64,000 nucleotides of DNA from contig MU004240.1 in assembly GCA_010405405.1 (NCBI GenBank), positions 696,316-760,315 of the forward strand, in the 5' to 3' direction. The notes under the pieces are model-generated. The model was not told the origin of the DNA, did not search any database, and worked only from the letters and a program-made list of their open reading frames with translations. The stretch comes from Microthyrium microscopicum. Lineage: Eukaryota. A program made the translations under genes and the position numbers. Below, one piece after another: positions 35,006 through 48,081 of this stretch (its first letter is position 1; each line of letters opens with the position of its first letter).

Positions 35006-35722
35006 CAAGCTGTCGTCATTTAGCGTGGTGCACTAAGAAAAACAGGTTATGTGCTCAGAACCACGAGTTTGACATGTTCATAGCGTCGAAGCCTTTGCAG
35101 CGATGTACTGCCTTGTGCTCAGCGAGAAGCTCTAGGTTAAAAATACAAGATGCTAGGATGCCGATATGGCCCGAACAATCTGGCGTTGAGGTGTAATTAG
35201 AGCACCTCTGTTTGCAAGGCTTCAACACTCTCCCCGCATCAAAATGCATGTGCTTCTGAAAACAATCAACAGAAGACCAATTATTAGTGCTTTGTACGCT
35301 TGGTACTAGTTAATTTAATGACCTGAAGCTAACAGTTCTTGATCGTACAGAATTAGCAAATGCCATAGCTGACTGAGATCTTCGATGTGAAAAAGAATTA
35401 AAGTTTCATGAAGTAATATCTCTCACATTAATTTTCACCACAGAATACTGAGACCAAGTTGTGCGAATACAGTACATTTGCTTTCGCACACCCTCAAGGT
35501 CAGGATTCTCCGCTGTTACTAGATCGGCTCACCGCAGTTGACGATCGAGCAAGGATGGAAACAGAGATTCTAATAGGATCTAATTATAGATATCGCAGCC
35601 ATCTTGTGTATAAAATCACAGCCATATACTGTTACATCGATTTCAAGTATCATAACATAAACACTTCTAAGCTCTTAGACAATATCATCCCAACTACCTC
35701 TCTACAACCAACTTCATCAACC

Positions 35723-36472
35723 ATGACAACCTCAACCACAATACGGCCCATGGCCTACACAGACATGCCCATCCTCCACGGCGACTGGGACAAGTTCGCC
35801 GACGACAGACACACGCATCTCAAACGTCTAGGCAACGTCATCTATCTCCAACCAGGCTTCTTCCGCAACGAAGACGTCAAACAACTACAAAACCGCAAAC
35901 TCATCGGTCTCACCGCAGTAGACAGTACCACGGACGAGATAATGGGCTCTTGCTCATTATGGTTCGTTGGTTTTCAGCCAGAGGAAGTCCCATGGACTGA
36001 GCCAGGTCCAGAACCCGAGTCCGAGATCCGCTGGTGTGAAGAGAACGCAAAGATACTCGCGGAACTCAACGCGCAGCCTGTGGATGAAGCGAGGAAGGAA
36101 GCAAATGCTATGATTGATAGCTTGGATGCAATGGAAGACAAAGATATGAAATACTGGCAGAGTGTCCTTATGCCACCCGGCTCCAAGTGTATTGTCGTGA
36201 GTGGATTCTCTGTTTTGCCTCAATATCGGCATAAAGGGGTGGGTGGAGCGCTGTTGAAATGGGGTACAGATCAGGCAGATCGATTTGGAGTACATATGTG
36301 GGTACATTCGTCAGAAGCAGCTGTGAAGGCCTATTCAAATGCTGGATTCAATGTGGTAGGTGAATTGGATGTTGATATGGACAAATATGCGCCAGGTCCA
36401 CCGCCGGAGGGAGTAGATGTGCCATGGGGTCATTATATAATCCGGTATATGAAACGACTTCCCAAAGAATGA
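35723..36472 (+). CDS. GNAT-family N-acetyltransferase
   Basis: FSVLPQYRHKGVGGALLKWG, WVHSSEAAVKAYSNAGF and WGHYIIRYMKR. Confidence 0.88.
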   Translation: MTTSTTIRPMAYTDMPILHGDWDKFADDRHTHLKRLGNVIYLQPGFFRNEDVKQLQNRKLIGLTAVDSTTDEIMGSCSLWFVGFQPEEVPWTEPGPEPESEIRWCEENAKILAELNAQPVDEARKEANAMIDSLDAMEDKDMKYWQSVLMPPGSKCIVVSGFSVLPQYRHKGVGGALLKWGTDQADRFGVHMWVHSSEAAVKAYSNAGFNVVGELDVDMDKYAPGPPPEGVDVPWGHYIIRYMKRLPKE

Positions 36473-36817
36473 AGCAATTCGTTACAGAGGAACTGCGAGG
36501 TTTGGGAAAAGATGTGGTGAGCATTGCGCAGTAGATATTGAAGAAAACAATTCATGTTCTGCTCTACATATAATAGAGCCCACCAATTCTATATCCAGTC
36601 CTCCCGTCTATGTCGTGGGTAATACCGACCCGCAAAAATATCATACACAGCTATGCTGTCGCTCAGGTAAACGCCAGCGCTGAAGCAAACAATAAGTACA
36701 AAAGAAAGAAAGATAAAAACAACAACACGCTAATCACATCCATCACTGCTCAGAAGCGATCTACCATGCGCAAGACTTTTGACGAAATGACCACGTATAG
36801 CACCCCAATATCGTCGA

Positions 36818-39800
36818 CTAACCCGTTGGTTGCTGGCTCGTCAAGATCGTGAACATCCAATCTCTCACACTTTCGCTGGGGAACTAGAGAAAAGGTTAGT
36901 TTAATGTCATCTTCTAATGAAAGGATTGTGCTCACGTTGGTCAAACAAAACACGTCGCTCAACAGCGTCCCTACGCCACCAGTGCTTGCCACTTCTCCGT
37001 TCTCCTTCTCGGCCCACACATGCACAATGATGCCACGTGGATCCAGACTGAAGCAGCTCGGCGGTAGCACTTGATCCAATAGAATGGTAGTCTCATTCGC
37101 CAACACGACCCGCCATCCGGAAGTTCCATCATGAATACCCTGTGGCCCTCGGAAGCCCGCTACATCGCCTGTAGGATTACGCGGCGCATGTAAAATGTGC
37201 AGACTGGCACGACCCCATGACTTTGCAACGCGCGAGCGTTTCGTCTTCTCCCAGTGAACGATCTTGCAGCCAGTCGAGCGCATTATATGCTGCAGCTCAC
37301 CTGGTTTTGTCCTAGAGAAAAAGTCCTTGGGCCCTTCGCTAGCAGCATCTGCTTCACGGGAGCTATCAGCTGACTTCTTGAAGATGGTGGACTTGTCGAT
37401 GTTGAAGTTTGTAGTCTTTGCCAGTAACGACGTTAGGCCACGACGAATACTGCTTGTGGTGCGCGACGAGTACTCAGTGTTTCCAACGGTGGAACCAGAA
37501 CGGGTATGAGTCTTGCGGAAGCTGTTGGAGCGTTTGGAGCCACCCCACCAGGAACGCTCTCTGGATTGCGGTGTGGAGCCGGGGTTTTGCTTGTCAAAGA
37601 TCTCGGCTTCGGTTTCCTGTGGTGGTCGGGCGCGGTCAAAGGCGAGGACTTTAGGATTTGTGTGCATGGCACTGTGGGTGTGTTCGAGGAGATGATGGCG
37701 GTGGATGGCAATACGAGCGTGGAAACGAACTTTTGCGATGCGAGAGTGGCCGCCCACGACTTGGAAGCGAGAGTCTGGTGTAGGCTGGGAGCTGATGAGA
37801 ATGTCGCAAGCATTGAGTGTTTGAATCACCACCATTGGGGTAAGCTGGAGGCCGATGACAGGCGGCTGATTAGGTCGCTTTTTGCATTGGAAGCCTTTTG
37901 GTGCGTTGACGTCGAATATAGTTTCATAGGCACAGATTTTGCCCGGGCCAACTTCAATCAAGCATTCTTGATCGTGTATCTCCACGTATTCACCCATCTG
38001 CGGATTCCATCTCGAAACTGTTGCTATAGTTGTATGATATACTTGGCTTGCATCAGGGAGCTGTTGGTATGGCCCTTGCGATGCGGATTGGGAGGGAGTT
38101 AGGGAATCTACAACACTTCCTCCCACTTTTGATTCGTACTCATCAATGCGAGACATAATGTCGACAATGTCATCCTCTGCTTCACTCTCCGAGGTGTCAA
38201 GTTCTTCGAAATCATCCGAGACAGATTCATCAGAAGAGCAATCCTCAGTTTCAGACTGGGCGTGCCATACTTGTTTGAGAGGAGATGATGATCGTCTCTT
38301 GACTTTGGAATCTGGAGTCAACTGAGGTCCACTTGTGGCGAGCTTGGGCGTCTTCTTTGAGAACGGCGTCTTGTGAGGAGGCGGAGGAGGCGGACCTTCT
38401 GCTGGCTCCGAAGAGGCTCGTTTGTGTCGGTCTCGGCGGTCGTCGTGTACCGTTCGATGAGCTGGTGGTGGAGGTGGTTGATTCTCGGAGATATAAGAGA
38501 CGTCGCTCAGCGAGGATGTTGTTAACGAGCTACGCGCTTCGACAGCACGGTGTGCAGTTGGAGGTCCACCATGTACAGGCATTGATGTCGAGCGCTTATG
38601 AACACTGGGGCGATGTGTGGGCGTCTCAAAGTGTAGTGCTTCATCCTCCTCAGAGTCACTATCCCCAACGGAAGATGAAGGCATCCAAACACTGAAGCCA
38701 GATGAGCCAGAATTGGATTGGGAGTCGATGTTATGTTTGCCTGTAGAATATCGATCTCGTGACGATTGCGCTGGACCTCTGCTGGTTTTGTAGGAGGCGG
38801 ATTTTCGAGCATCGTCAAGCGGCGTCTTAGGAGTCGTTGGCGATGCTGGAGCGTTGTTTCGTCTTAAAGAACCCGCCATCCGCATCGCATCATTAAGGTC
38901 ATGAGGAGCACGTTCATAATCGCCGTTGCCCCTACGCAAGTCTGATGTTCTTCGAGTTTGATCGTGATGGTACCTGGAGCCATGCCGAGGATCTGAGCTT
39001 GCAAAGTAATTATCTTCTCTAGAGAGATCACTAGGAGGCGTAATGGGTGACGCGGAATATGATCTTGAATGCTTGTTGTCCGGCGTTTGAGAGCACCATT
39101 TTTTGGCATCCGGGCCTGCTTTCTCTCCAAGAGGAAGTTCGACAAAGCTTGGGGATGGCGAACGAGTTATTTCCGATGAAGTGGAGTCCGTAATGACCGA
39201 AGCAGTCAAGAGTGACGATCCTCTGCTGCTAACAGGACGTCGACGTGTCTCTTTAACAAGCGCTGCGTGAGAGAAGGCAGGCGGTACTGGATTTGAACCG
39301 AGCATTTCGAGCCACTCTACAGCAACTTCCTGGTCCTTGTTCTGAAGAGAGACGAGTTCCTGCCAAGGACGACCGCTGGTACTAAGTCCTCGAAGCATGA
39401 CAATGAGCTCGGTATTAGAATCTCCCATACGAGCTGACACATGTTTGAGGGTGACAGGAGGGACAAACAACCACCGCTTGTGGCTATCAGACTGACAGAT
39501 CAAAAGGTCACCATCATTACCTTTACCGGGTGCGTCATCTCGAAGTAGTATTTCGATTCGAGATATAACCTCTTGTCCACTGGAATGGATCATGTGCATC
39601 TCGAAAAAGTCTCGCGCGCGAACACATCGATTGGCATCGACTTTAACTCCGGTGATTGCGGCCAAGCTAGCTGGGTCGCGTGCTCGACGGACATCAACTT
39701 GAGCTGCTGCTTGATCTTCCATACGAGCCTTTTCATTGTTGACCTTTGCTCGGGCAGTTTGCATTAATTCCTCGTACTTTTTGGATAGCGTCTCTGACTG

Positions 39801-42655
39801 TGCGGATGGTTGGATAGTGTTAAGAGCCTAAAGCTGTTAGCAAAAATCTGCAAAGAGCCGTGATAACTTACAATGATAGTCTTGCTCAGGTTCTTCAACC
39901 GAACCAATGGACGCTTAAGTAAGAATGCAACGTCTACTAGTTGACCCTGTGCATTGACAACATAGCCCTCCGCATTACGAGGTAGAGCGTCTGCCATTGA
40001 CCCTTCAATGTCTCTGCCAGAGACAGCAGAAGCATCGTCAGCTGGGACCAGGCTGACAACAACATCTTGAAAGCCTAATCTCCACGTTCGGACATACTCA
40101 GAGTATATCTTATGAGCTCCTTGTGCCCAGGCTAGAAAGCCCGATACATCCTTTTTCGCAATGCGGGAATGATAACTCTTTAAGCGCTCAAGTGCTACGC
40201 CCATCTCATGGATTGCTTTAGTCGCATCCTTCTCGCTGCCCTCGCCTGAGAACTTGCTGAACAGACCAGCAGCGACAGCAGCATCAGATCTTGACAAGAC
40301 AGCCTTGAAAAGCACCTTTATTACTCCTCCTACCAGAGTCCGTAGCTCAGGCATATATGATTCTTCTTCGGCATTCAGCTCATCCAGTAGATCCGGGAGA
40401 GCCATGTGTGTTCGTGAGCGTATTGATCGGTTGCTACGTATAGACCGATTACTACGCGTCGAAATAACAGACTTGGACTTTTTGACACCAGAGGTTTTGA
40501 CCGATAGTCTTCTGGGCTTGCCTTCTGACTCGGTGATGAATGAAGTGTCCTCGAGGATGACAGGATGCTTTCTCGAGTTCGATCTGCTTAAAGCGCCGTC
40601 GGCATGTCTGGCTTCGGTCCGCATCGTTTCTACAGATGCTATAGTGGATAATCGTTTGCCAGTAGATGGAAACTCTCTCAACTCTCGCTTTGGAACCAAG
40701 GCCATTCCTCGATTAGGATCCATAGCCGTGTCCATGGAAGTCGCTGTGAAGCCAGAGCCTGTAATTGATGTTCCAGTTATCTCGGTGCTGACGTCCGACT
40801 CCGATATTATTGAAACGGACTTGGACCGAGTCTTTGTAGGAGAGGCGCCATTTCTACGAGCACCTCTGCGCTTTAAAGTTGGTGTTGAGGCGTTTGATGA
40901 CAATTCGGTAGATACCTCAGAATAGTCTGTAGATTTCGTTGTGGCACTTTGCTGAGCTGTAGATGTAGATATTATCGATTCGGTTTGAACGGGTCGTCGC
41001 GGTTGCCTCGCAGATTTCTTCACTGATGAGATGATGTCGCTAGGATGGCTAGAAAGCTTTGTTGGTGTTTCGTCAGTCAGCACACTTTCGTCGTCTCTCG
41101 GTGATCTCAACTCCGCCTCCCTTGGCTCATACGAAAAGGCTCTTCGCTTGGAGCTCTTCGATTGCTTCGGCGTCTCAACAAATGGATCAGGTGTTGCAGT
41201 CAACCAGGTTTCCACTAGAGTTGGTTGATTGTTTACAATGGCTGCGCCAGCCGCGGCGAATGCAGGAATTACATCTCCAGCATTATACGATGGTTTCCTC
41301 AGTCCGTGGTTGTCTCGCGACTCCGGAAAGGCGTTTCGTGCTCCGCTCATCATATAAGAGTCCGGTGGATCCTCACTTAGTGCTCTACGATGCCGTTCCC
41401 TTCTCGACCGTCTCTCCGCTTCTCGCTTGGCATCCACGCGACTTGCTGAAGATGACACGCGGTCATCGGCTTTTAGCCACTCGGCTGTGCGATCTCCTTC
41501 TGACCGGCGCGTAGATTGCCTATGTGATCGGGATAAGGGTGGTGTTTTCTGCACACTCGCGTTGCGCTTCAATTCCGTATCTTCGCTGAGCGAGTCATCA
41601 GAACTGCTACTGCTGCTGCTGTCCAGGCTTAGTACTTCCGTCGGCCGTTTTCGACGAACTGTGCCTTTGGGTCTTTGTGCTGGAACAGAGAGGTCGCTTT
41701 CCGTATCATCGTCCGAGTACACTTCTCTCCGCAGCGGCCGTCGCGCGCTGTCAGTAGGGCCGTCTCCGTGCATGCCGATGCCAGTGAATACGCCAGGATT
41801 AAATAAATTGGCCTTTTCGCCGGGTATGAATTGGTGAAGAATGGGTTTCTTTAGTTTGTTGGTAAACGTGCGGACATTAGATGGCAAAGAAATCTCGAGT
41901 TGCGGTGTAGGTTTGACTTCTTCTTCGCGTCGAGGCAGTAGTGGTGGTCGAACCCAGGCAAGCTTGACAGCTGGTTTTGGGGGAGGCGGAGGAGGTTTTG
42001 GTGGTGACTTCTTCTTCGGGGGAGGAGGCTTTGCTTTGTGACGCACCCAATGGCCGTCACTAACGACTCTCTTCTTGGGTGCGCTGGCCTGCTTAATTTC
42101 TTCATCCAGCTTATTTTGACGTGGTCTTCGGGTCATCATTACCGGCTGCTTTGCTGGGGCTGTGGCGGGACTTCGGTCGACGATAGTTGGCTTTGTAGGT
42201 GTAATTGTTACGATTTCTGGCGGAGGATTGGGCGAGGTTGCGCTACGAGGTCGTGACTTGTGCTCCGAACCTGCCTCGTCTACCTCTGAAGTGGCCTGTT
42301 CTGTCGCAACTGCTTCAACAGTCTCCTCCGCGACTTCCTCATCTGCCCCTGCCACTGCCTCCTCTTTCGCCGGAGTATCATCATCAGAATCTACCGTCAC
42401 AACAACCAATGCAACACCCTCGGATTCATGTGTCGATGAAGCCACACCCTCAATTGCCGGCGCAGGTTTCTGGCTATCAACAGTTGACGTTGAAGTCGAC
42501 GCCTTTTCCGCCGTATCTTCAGATCCGCTGTCCTCGGACCCATACAGACCACCACCCGTCTTGTTCCATTTCGACACCTTATCTTTCACCGACGCGGTTT
42601 TGAAGGGACTCGAGCCAGCGAGGCTGAAGTTGCGCGGTTTTTTAGCGGGGGCCAT
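36818..42655 (-). CDS. Large (~1900 aa) low-complexity protein with DH (RhoGEF)-like and PH-like domains (3 exons)
   Basis: ORFs 39764..42655 and 36750..39764 are joined in frame by a gtaagt...gctaacagctttag intron (~39828-39871). The last intron (~36885-36935) gives FPSESVRDWMFTILTSQQPTG*. Segments LDELNAEEESYMPELRTLV and FLLKRPLVRLKNL resemble DH conserved regions 1 and 3. Confidence 0.8.
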
Positions 42656-43913
42656 TCCAATCTGTGTCGCAAGAAGTGTCAGCGATCATACAGTGGAGAC
42701 GAATCTCGTCATATGCAGGAGAAGAAGATGTTTGTTTACCTACTTTTCACCGCGGGGTTACATGAGCGCGAGAGAGCAACGGTGTAACAGTATAGACGAT
42801 ATTGTTTGATTGAGGACGGAACCAGCTACTGTGCAAGCGCGGGCTTGGAGTGGTACAGCATGGGTGGTTTTGTTGCTTGTGAAAATGGCTGGTTGCGATG
42901 GGACCGGCTGAACAGAGTTTGGTGGTATAGCGCTAGATTCGAGGGCGAAAGTCGCAGTTTCTGGGCGTTAAGACGGGACGATATGGCAAACAATGAGTCG
43001 AGAATCGAGTTGAGACAGTAATTGAGGTGCTTGATGGGTAGATTGGGTGTGGAGTGGTTTGTTGGGCCAGTGTTTGGGAGATTCTAGGGATTGTTGACAA
43101 GCAAGATCCGAGTCGCCAAAGCTCCTCAGCCTAGCCACCAGGATCCATCGCAAGCAAGAGGCCAATCATACAGGGCTACCTGGCTCTTAGCGTCATCTAG
43201 CGCAACCTTATTTATGGAGCTGTGGTCTTATTAAGCATCTTCACATGGATCAACCTCGATCGGTTCCCTTTCAAGGTTCCTATCTTGGTTCTCCATCTAT
43301 TTACAAGTTCCTCCTGCTCAGATCTGGATCTCAGACGCTTCCAGGGAGACAGCAGAAGTGCTCAGTATCAATATGCGCCGAGAACCGCAATACCTGCACA
43401 GTCAAACAGACACTTTACTTTCTCCGATCGAGATAAGCTATTCCTTCATCCGCCACGCTCGATATAAGATTTGGTATTTATACAGGGTATCCAGCCTCTT
43501 TCTGTATAAACAAACCAGATTCGTTGCTTGCTGTGACGTGGCAGTAAGTTCTATCCCGCAACGACAGGGGAGAGTATCTGAACTGTCCTGATCGATGAGC
43601 AAGATGGTACATCTTTCTGCGGATCATACCAGATGGGTAAGGTACACGAACGATTTCAATATGAGTTGGACATCCAACAAACCCGACATTCAAAGTTCCA
43701 ATCATGCCCATTGAGAAGTATCATTTTTTCAATTATCATTTTTCGAACTATCTATTTTCAGAGTGGCGAACATACCATCTAATCCGAATCCCTTTTTTTA
43801 TCATTGCCGTGGACACATATACAATCATCAAACACCTTCCTTTTTCCCGGTGCATACTCGTTGTTTCATAGCAAACTGAGCACCGACAGACTTCTTCACC
43901 GAGCGGAAAATTC

Positions 43914-45856
43914 TCAAGCGCCAAACCGCTTCACCAAATCTGCCACTCTCGTAGCCAACTGATCCGCTTCTGCTCTCGTCGCAGCTTCCGCATACACACG
44001 CATCGCATCCTCTGTTCCCGACGGCCGCGCAAACGAGCGCCCATCCTTGTACTTTTGTACCAGCTCATTTAGCTGCGATTGGATGTTCTTGGGCTCTTCC
44101 ATTTGGCGCTCTGCATCGACTACTTTGAACATGCCGCGATCACGTACTTCGACCCGGACAAGGCGGTTTGGCAGATCGACGTATGTGCGTGTCCACTCAG
44201 TCATGCCCCAGCCTTTGTGCGCGAGGATCACTTCGACGAGCAACATGTCACTGAGCGCGTCACCAACAGCCTGGTTGATCAGATCGAGGAGGGCGCGGAG
44301 TGTGTCGAGAGCGGTTTTTTGCGCAGGTGATTGTGGTTCGTAGGCATATGTCAGCTGCTTGACGGCCTTTGGACTAAAAAGGACCGTGCCGTGGCCGTTG
44401 GCCTCGAAGTACACGCCAATGTCGAAGCGGGTCGCCGCGTGGTGCAGATGCTTGACACCGGTAGCGGTGCAGACGACGGGTAATTTGAGGTCAGACGTGA
44501 TGTAGTGTGTGGACGCTCCATTAGCGTAAGCGGTTTGCACGACACCGACGGCAAGTTTCTCCGAGAGACCTGCTTGGCGGCTTAGGTCTGCGAGAAAGGA
44601 AGCAGCGAGTGTAGCAATGCGGTCGCCATCGAGGAGTTGGAAGGCGTTGTCTTTGGGGTTGACGAAGTAGTACACAATCCGATCTGCGTCGCCGTCGAGA
44701 GAACAGCAGCGGTCGCCTGGAGAAGCTTTGGAGCTGGGTGGTGCTCGTTGGCCAGTCTTGACATAGTCTGCTCCGCACTAGGTTTTGTTAGAACTTTCAG
44801 AAGTAAGTGGCGAGATTATACTGACGTTCATGTTCAAGGCTTCCGGTTTGAGGACGTCATCATTGACAACTTTGATGTCGATGCCTCCATCAGCAGCAGT
44901 GGGGAGGTATTTCAGAAACTCTCGCAGCTTTGGTCCGCCAACTCCATTCGCACAGTCCACCGTAACAGCTCCTGAAACTGTTTTTCCCTTGATAGCTCGC
45001 TTGAAAGCATCGGCCAGCTTCTCGTAGTAACCCTTTTCGCTGACTTCGCCATATTCGTACTGGGTTCCTTTAGTGTTGATACAGCGCACAAGGTAATGCA
45101 ATTGTGGTGTAGTAAGAAGCTTGTAGTCCGTGTAAACAGCACCAGAAGATTGCAGAGCATCCACAAGCGAGGCAACCAACGAAGAGCCAGAAGCACGAGT
45201 ATCGCGGGCGTAAATGACATTGGCCTTGTTCTCGAGGTTGATCTTTAACTCGCTAGCAATGGTGTGATAGCGTTCCACAACAGTCTTGTCGTCAGGCGAA
45301 TTTGCCAGCCAAGTCGCATGCGACTCCCAGGATTGCTATAAAATTGAAACTGTCAGTATGATGGTGCAATTGACACAAACATGACCAATAATTGTGAAAT
45401 TATATGCAAACGAACCTCTAGCATCTCACCCTACAAATATGACGTTAGCATCAAATTTTGATTGCAGGCCAACTTTGTGCCATACCATTGGGTCCACAAG
45501 CTTGATACCATTGTCCTCTGGAGGATTATGACTGGCAGTAATCATAACTCCAATTGTTTGTCCATTTAACTTCCGAGAGCGGAGTGAGGCGAGTAGGCCA
45601 ACGCGGAATACGACTGAGTCGAGAAGGTTTCTGTGGAGTTATGACCATTAGCCATGGTGATGCGAGATAGCGGGAGGTTCTCAGAGGACATACGCCTTCA
45701 TGCGGAACTGAAATGAAAGAATATTAGCTACAATCTTCACATATGAAGGCAAGTTATCCGAGCCGAGAAATTACTTACACCAGCAGTTCCATACTGAAAA
45801 GTCGTGTCAGGCTTTGGGTGTTTGGCCGAAGCCGCAAGGATTTGTTCCGACGGCAT
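43914..45856 (-). CDS. PCM1: Phosphoacetylglucosamine mutase (6 exons)
   Basis: [48 protein letters not shown] and RPSGTED. Confidence 0.96.
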
Positions 45857-46401
45857 AGTGAAGGACAGGATGGAATGAAGTAGATTGAAAGAGAGATGGA
45901 GGAAAAGTCTATTTAAATAGTCGGCACAGAAGAGGCTGAGGTTGATGGTGGGAGCAAGGTACAACAGGGGAGTCAATGGTCGTCAGGCAAGTTTGGCCCC
46001 TGGTACTGTAGCTGGATATTCAGGGTAGTTCTGGCGGTATACGCGGTGGGATGGGGATTATTCATGCAGTGACATGGATTTGCGACTTTTGAACCTATTG
46101 CGACAGCAAGAGACCTTATGCACATCAACTTCTAGAAGCTGCAGCACACGCTCAAGCGAGACACGAGATTGGTGCCTTTGACTCTGGAGATGCCGCTGTC
46201 TGCTGGACTAAGCCTTGTCTCACCACCGACAGTTCGCAGCTGCCAATCGAGAATTCTACTTGGATACTCACAGTGTGAGAAGACAATCGAATGATGCTGT
46301 GGAGCGCTGAACGTCTGAAGATTCGGCCGTGTTGCTCGTATTGGACTTTATGCGCTCCAGGTCCGATATCAAGAGTTTATGAGGGGTTCCACCATAGCAA
46401 C

Positions 46402-46615
46402 CAACGGCATGGCAAAATAAATGGCGTACTCCCATCAATTCTGATGGCTACCACCAGCGCTGCTAATCAAAGGGCGCTTTAATTCTCATCGTATCTAATA
46501 AATACGCCCAATCCGAACGCCCTTTATGGCAAATAAAGCACTCGATAACAGACTGTAGCCTCTGGGCGCCATCAGAGTTGATGGGAGTACGCCATTTATT
46601 TTGCCATGCCGTTTG
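46402..46615. mobile_element. MITE-like element copy D (214 bp, best preserved)
   Basis: 46-bp inverted repeat 46403-46448 / 46568-46613 with one mismatch. Flanked by direct repeat GCAAC (46397-401 and 46616-20). Confidence 0.88.
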
Positions 46616-47038
46616 GCAACCAACACTCCGTATCTGGCAGCTTGTGCAGGATGCCTTTTCTTATCACGCCAGTCTTACCTGATCATGTGGTGAGCACTGC
46701 TTCTGTAAATCTAGACTGGACCAAATTCATCTCATTGACTCATGAATTTCGTGGCGTTGACTGCTATCACATACATTTCAGCCAGCTTCAAGGCTGACTT
46801 TCAAGGTGTTTCTGCAGTGCGAGCTGCCCCACCAAAAAGATTTCCCACTAGCGACTTCCATAAAATACACTAGCAACCACTAGCGTATAATACACCAACC
46901 CTGTCTCCAAAACTTTTGATGTCCAGACTCCATTGCATCGTGAAGTAAGACATCCTCAACTCCATACATATACACCGCTCCTAATTCCACGGACATCAGC
47001 ACACCATCTCAGCTCCCGGCCGAATCACATTGCCCAGC

Positions 47039-47629
47039 ATGACCACAATACGGCATACCCATATGCTCTTCTCGTCGATACGCAACCACTCCGGAAAGCA
47101 ACTCACCCAAAACGCATCTTTCTCAACAACCACCATCGCCCTCGCCCGCTCCAAAGGCCCTAGCAAACACGACAAACGCATAGGTCCGTTCATACTCTCC
47201 CACCCACACCAATGCCATGACCAATCAATCCCAAATGCGCAGCACTAACCCCCTCCAGGTCTCCTCCAACAACATCTCTGGCACCCCCTAACACCCCGTC
47301 CCCTCCGCCTCTCACGACTCCGCCAACTACGCCACTGGACCATCAACGAAGCCTGGAAAATCTTTACCGCCAAGCGCGCGCACCAACAACGACTCGAGCT
47401 CATGAAGCAATGGCAAGCAATGCAGGCTGCCTGTGAAAGGCTGCGCGTGCTAGGCGATGATGGGGTCGTGGGCGGTGCGAACACGGGCAGGTTGTATAGG
47501 CAGAGTTTGGACAAGGATGGGATTTGGGCGGGTGCGCCGATTGAGTATGCGCGGACGTTGACGGATTGGCCGAGTAAGAAGGGGTGGAATCATGAGTGGA
47601 AGAGACGGGTGGTTAAGGCGAGGTCGTAG
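47039..47629 (+). CDS. MRPL28: Mitochondrial ribosomal protein mL40 (yeast MRPL28 family; 2 exons)
   Basis: HLWHPLTPRPLRLSRLRQLRHWTINEAW...MQAACERLR...PIEYARTLTDWPSKKGWNHEWKR. Intron at ~47183-47258. Confidence 0.85.
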
Positions 47630-48081
47630 GATTTTGGAGGGTGGGTTATAAATGAGCGTTGAAGCGTGAAGGAAAGCATTTGATAGCCAGGTTGCAGGAA
47701 GAACTTTTGGAGAGCGGATTAGAGATGTATGATATGTAGCAATGTTTTGATTCAGCCTTGCCTTGTTCCTATGTACCTACTAAGAATAGTAAAGACTAGC
47801 TCTCATGCCCATACTACCCATTGAAAACCTCCTTTAGACCTTTTTCCGTCCCAGAGTGTCCAAATGGCCGCCATTCCAACCAACGTCGCAAAGAAACAGC
47901 GCTCATTGCTTCATAATGCCCATCTGCCATACACCAGCGCTACAAATAGAAAACTCCTCGCAATGCCATGAATGCTTTTGTACCCAAAAGATCCTCCAAA
48001 ACAGCCCAATAATGAACCCCCAAAACTAGCAACGCTTCACATATAAACGCTTCACACGACCCAAACCCCTTCAAACCCCAA

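Noticed and set aside
39764..39766. Overlapping stop/start (TAATG) between two ~1000-aa ORFs suggesting coupled translation or frameshifting
   Set aside because: A canonical intron at ~39828-39871 joins the two ORFs in frame.
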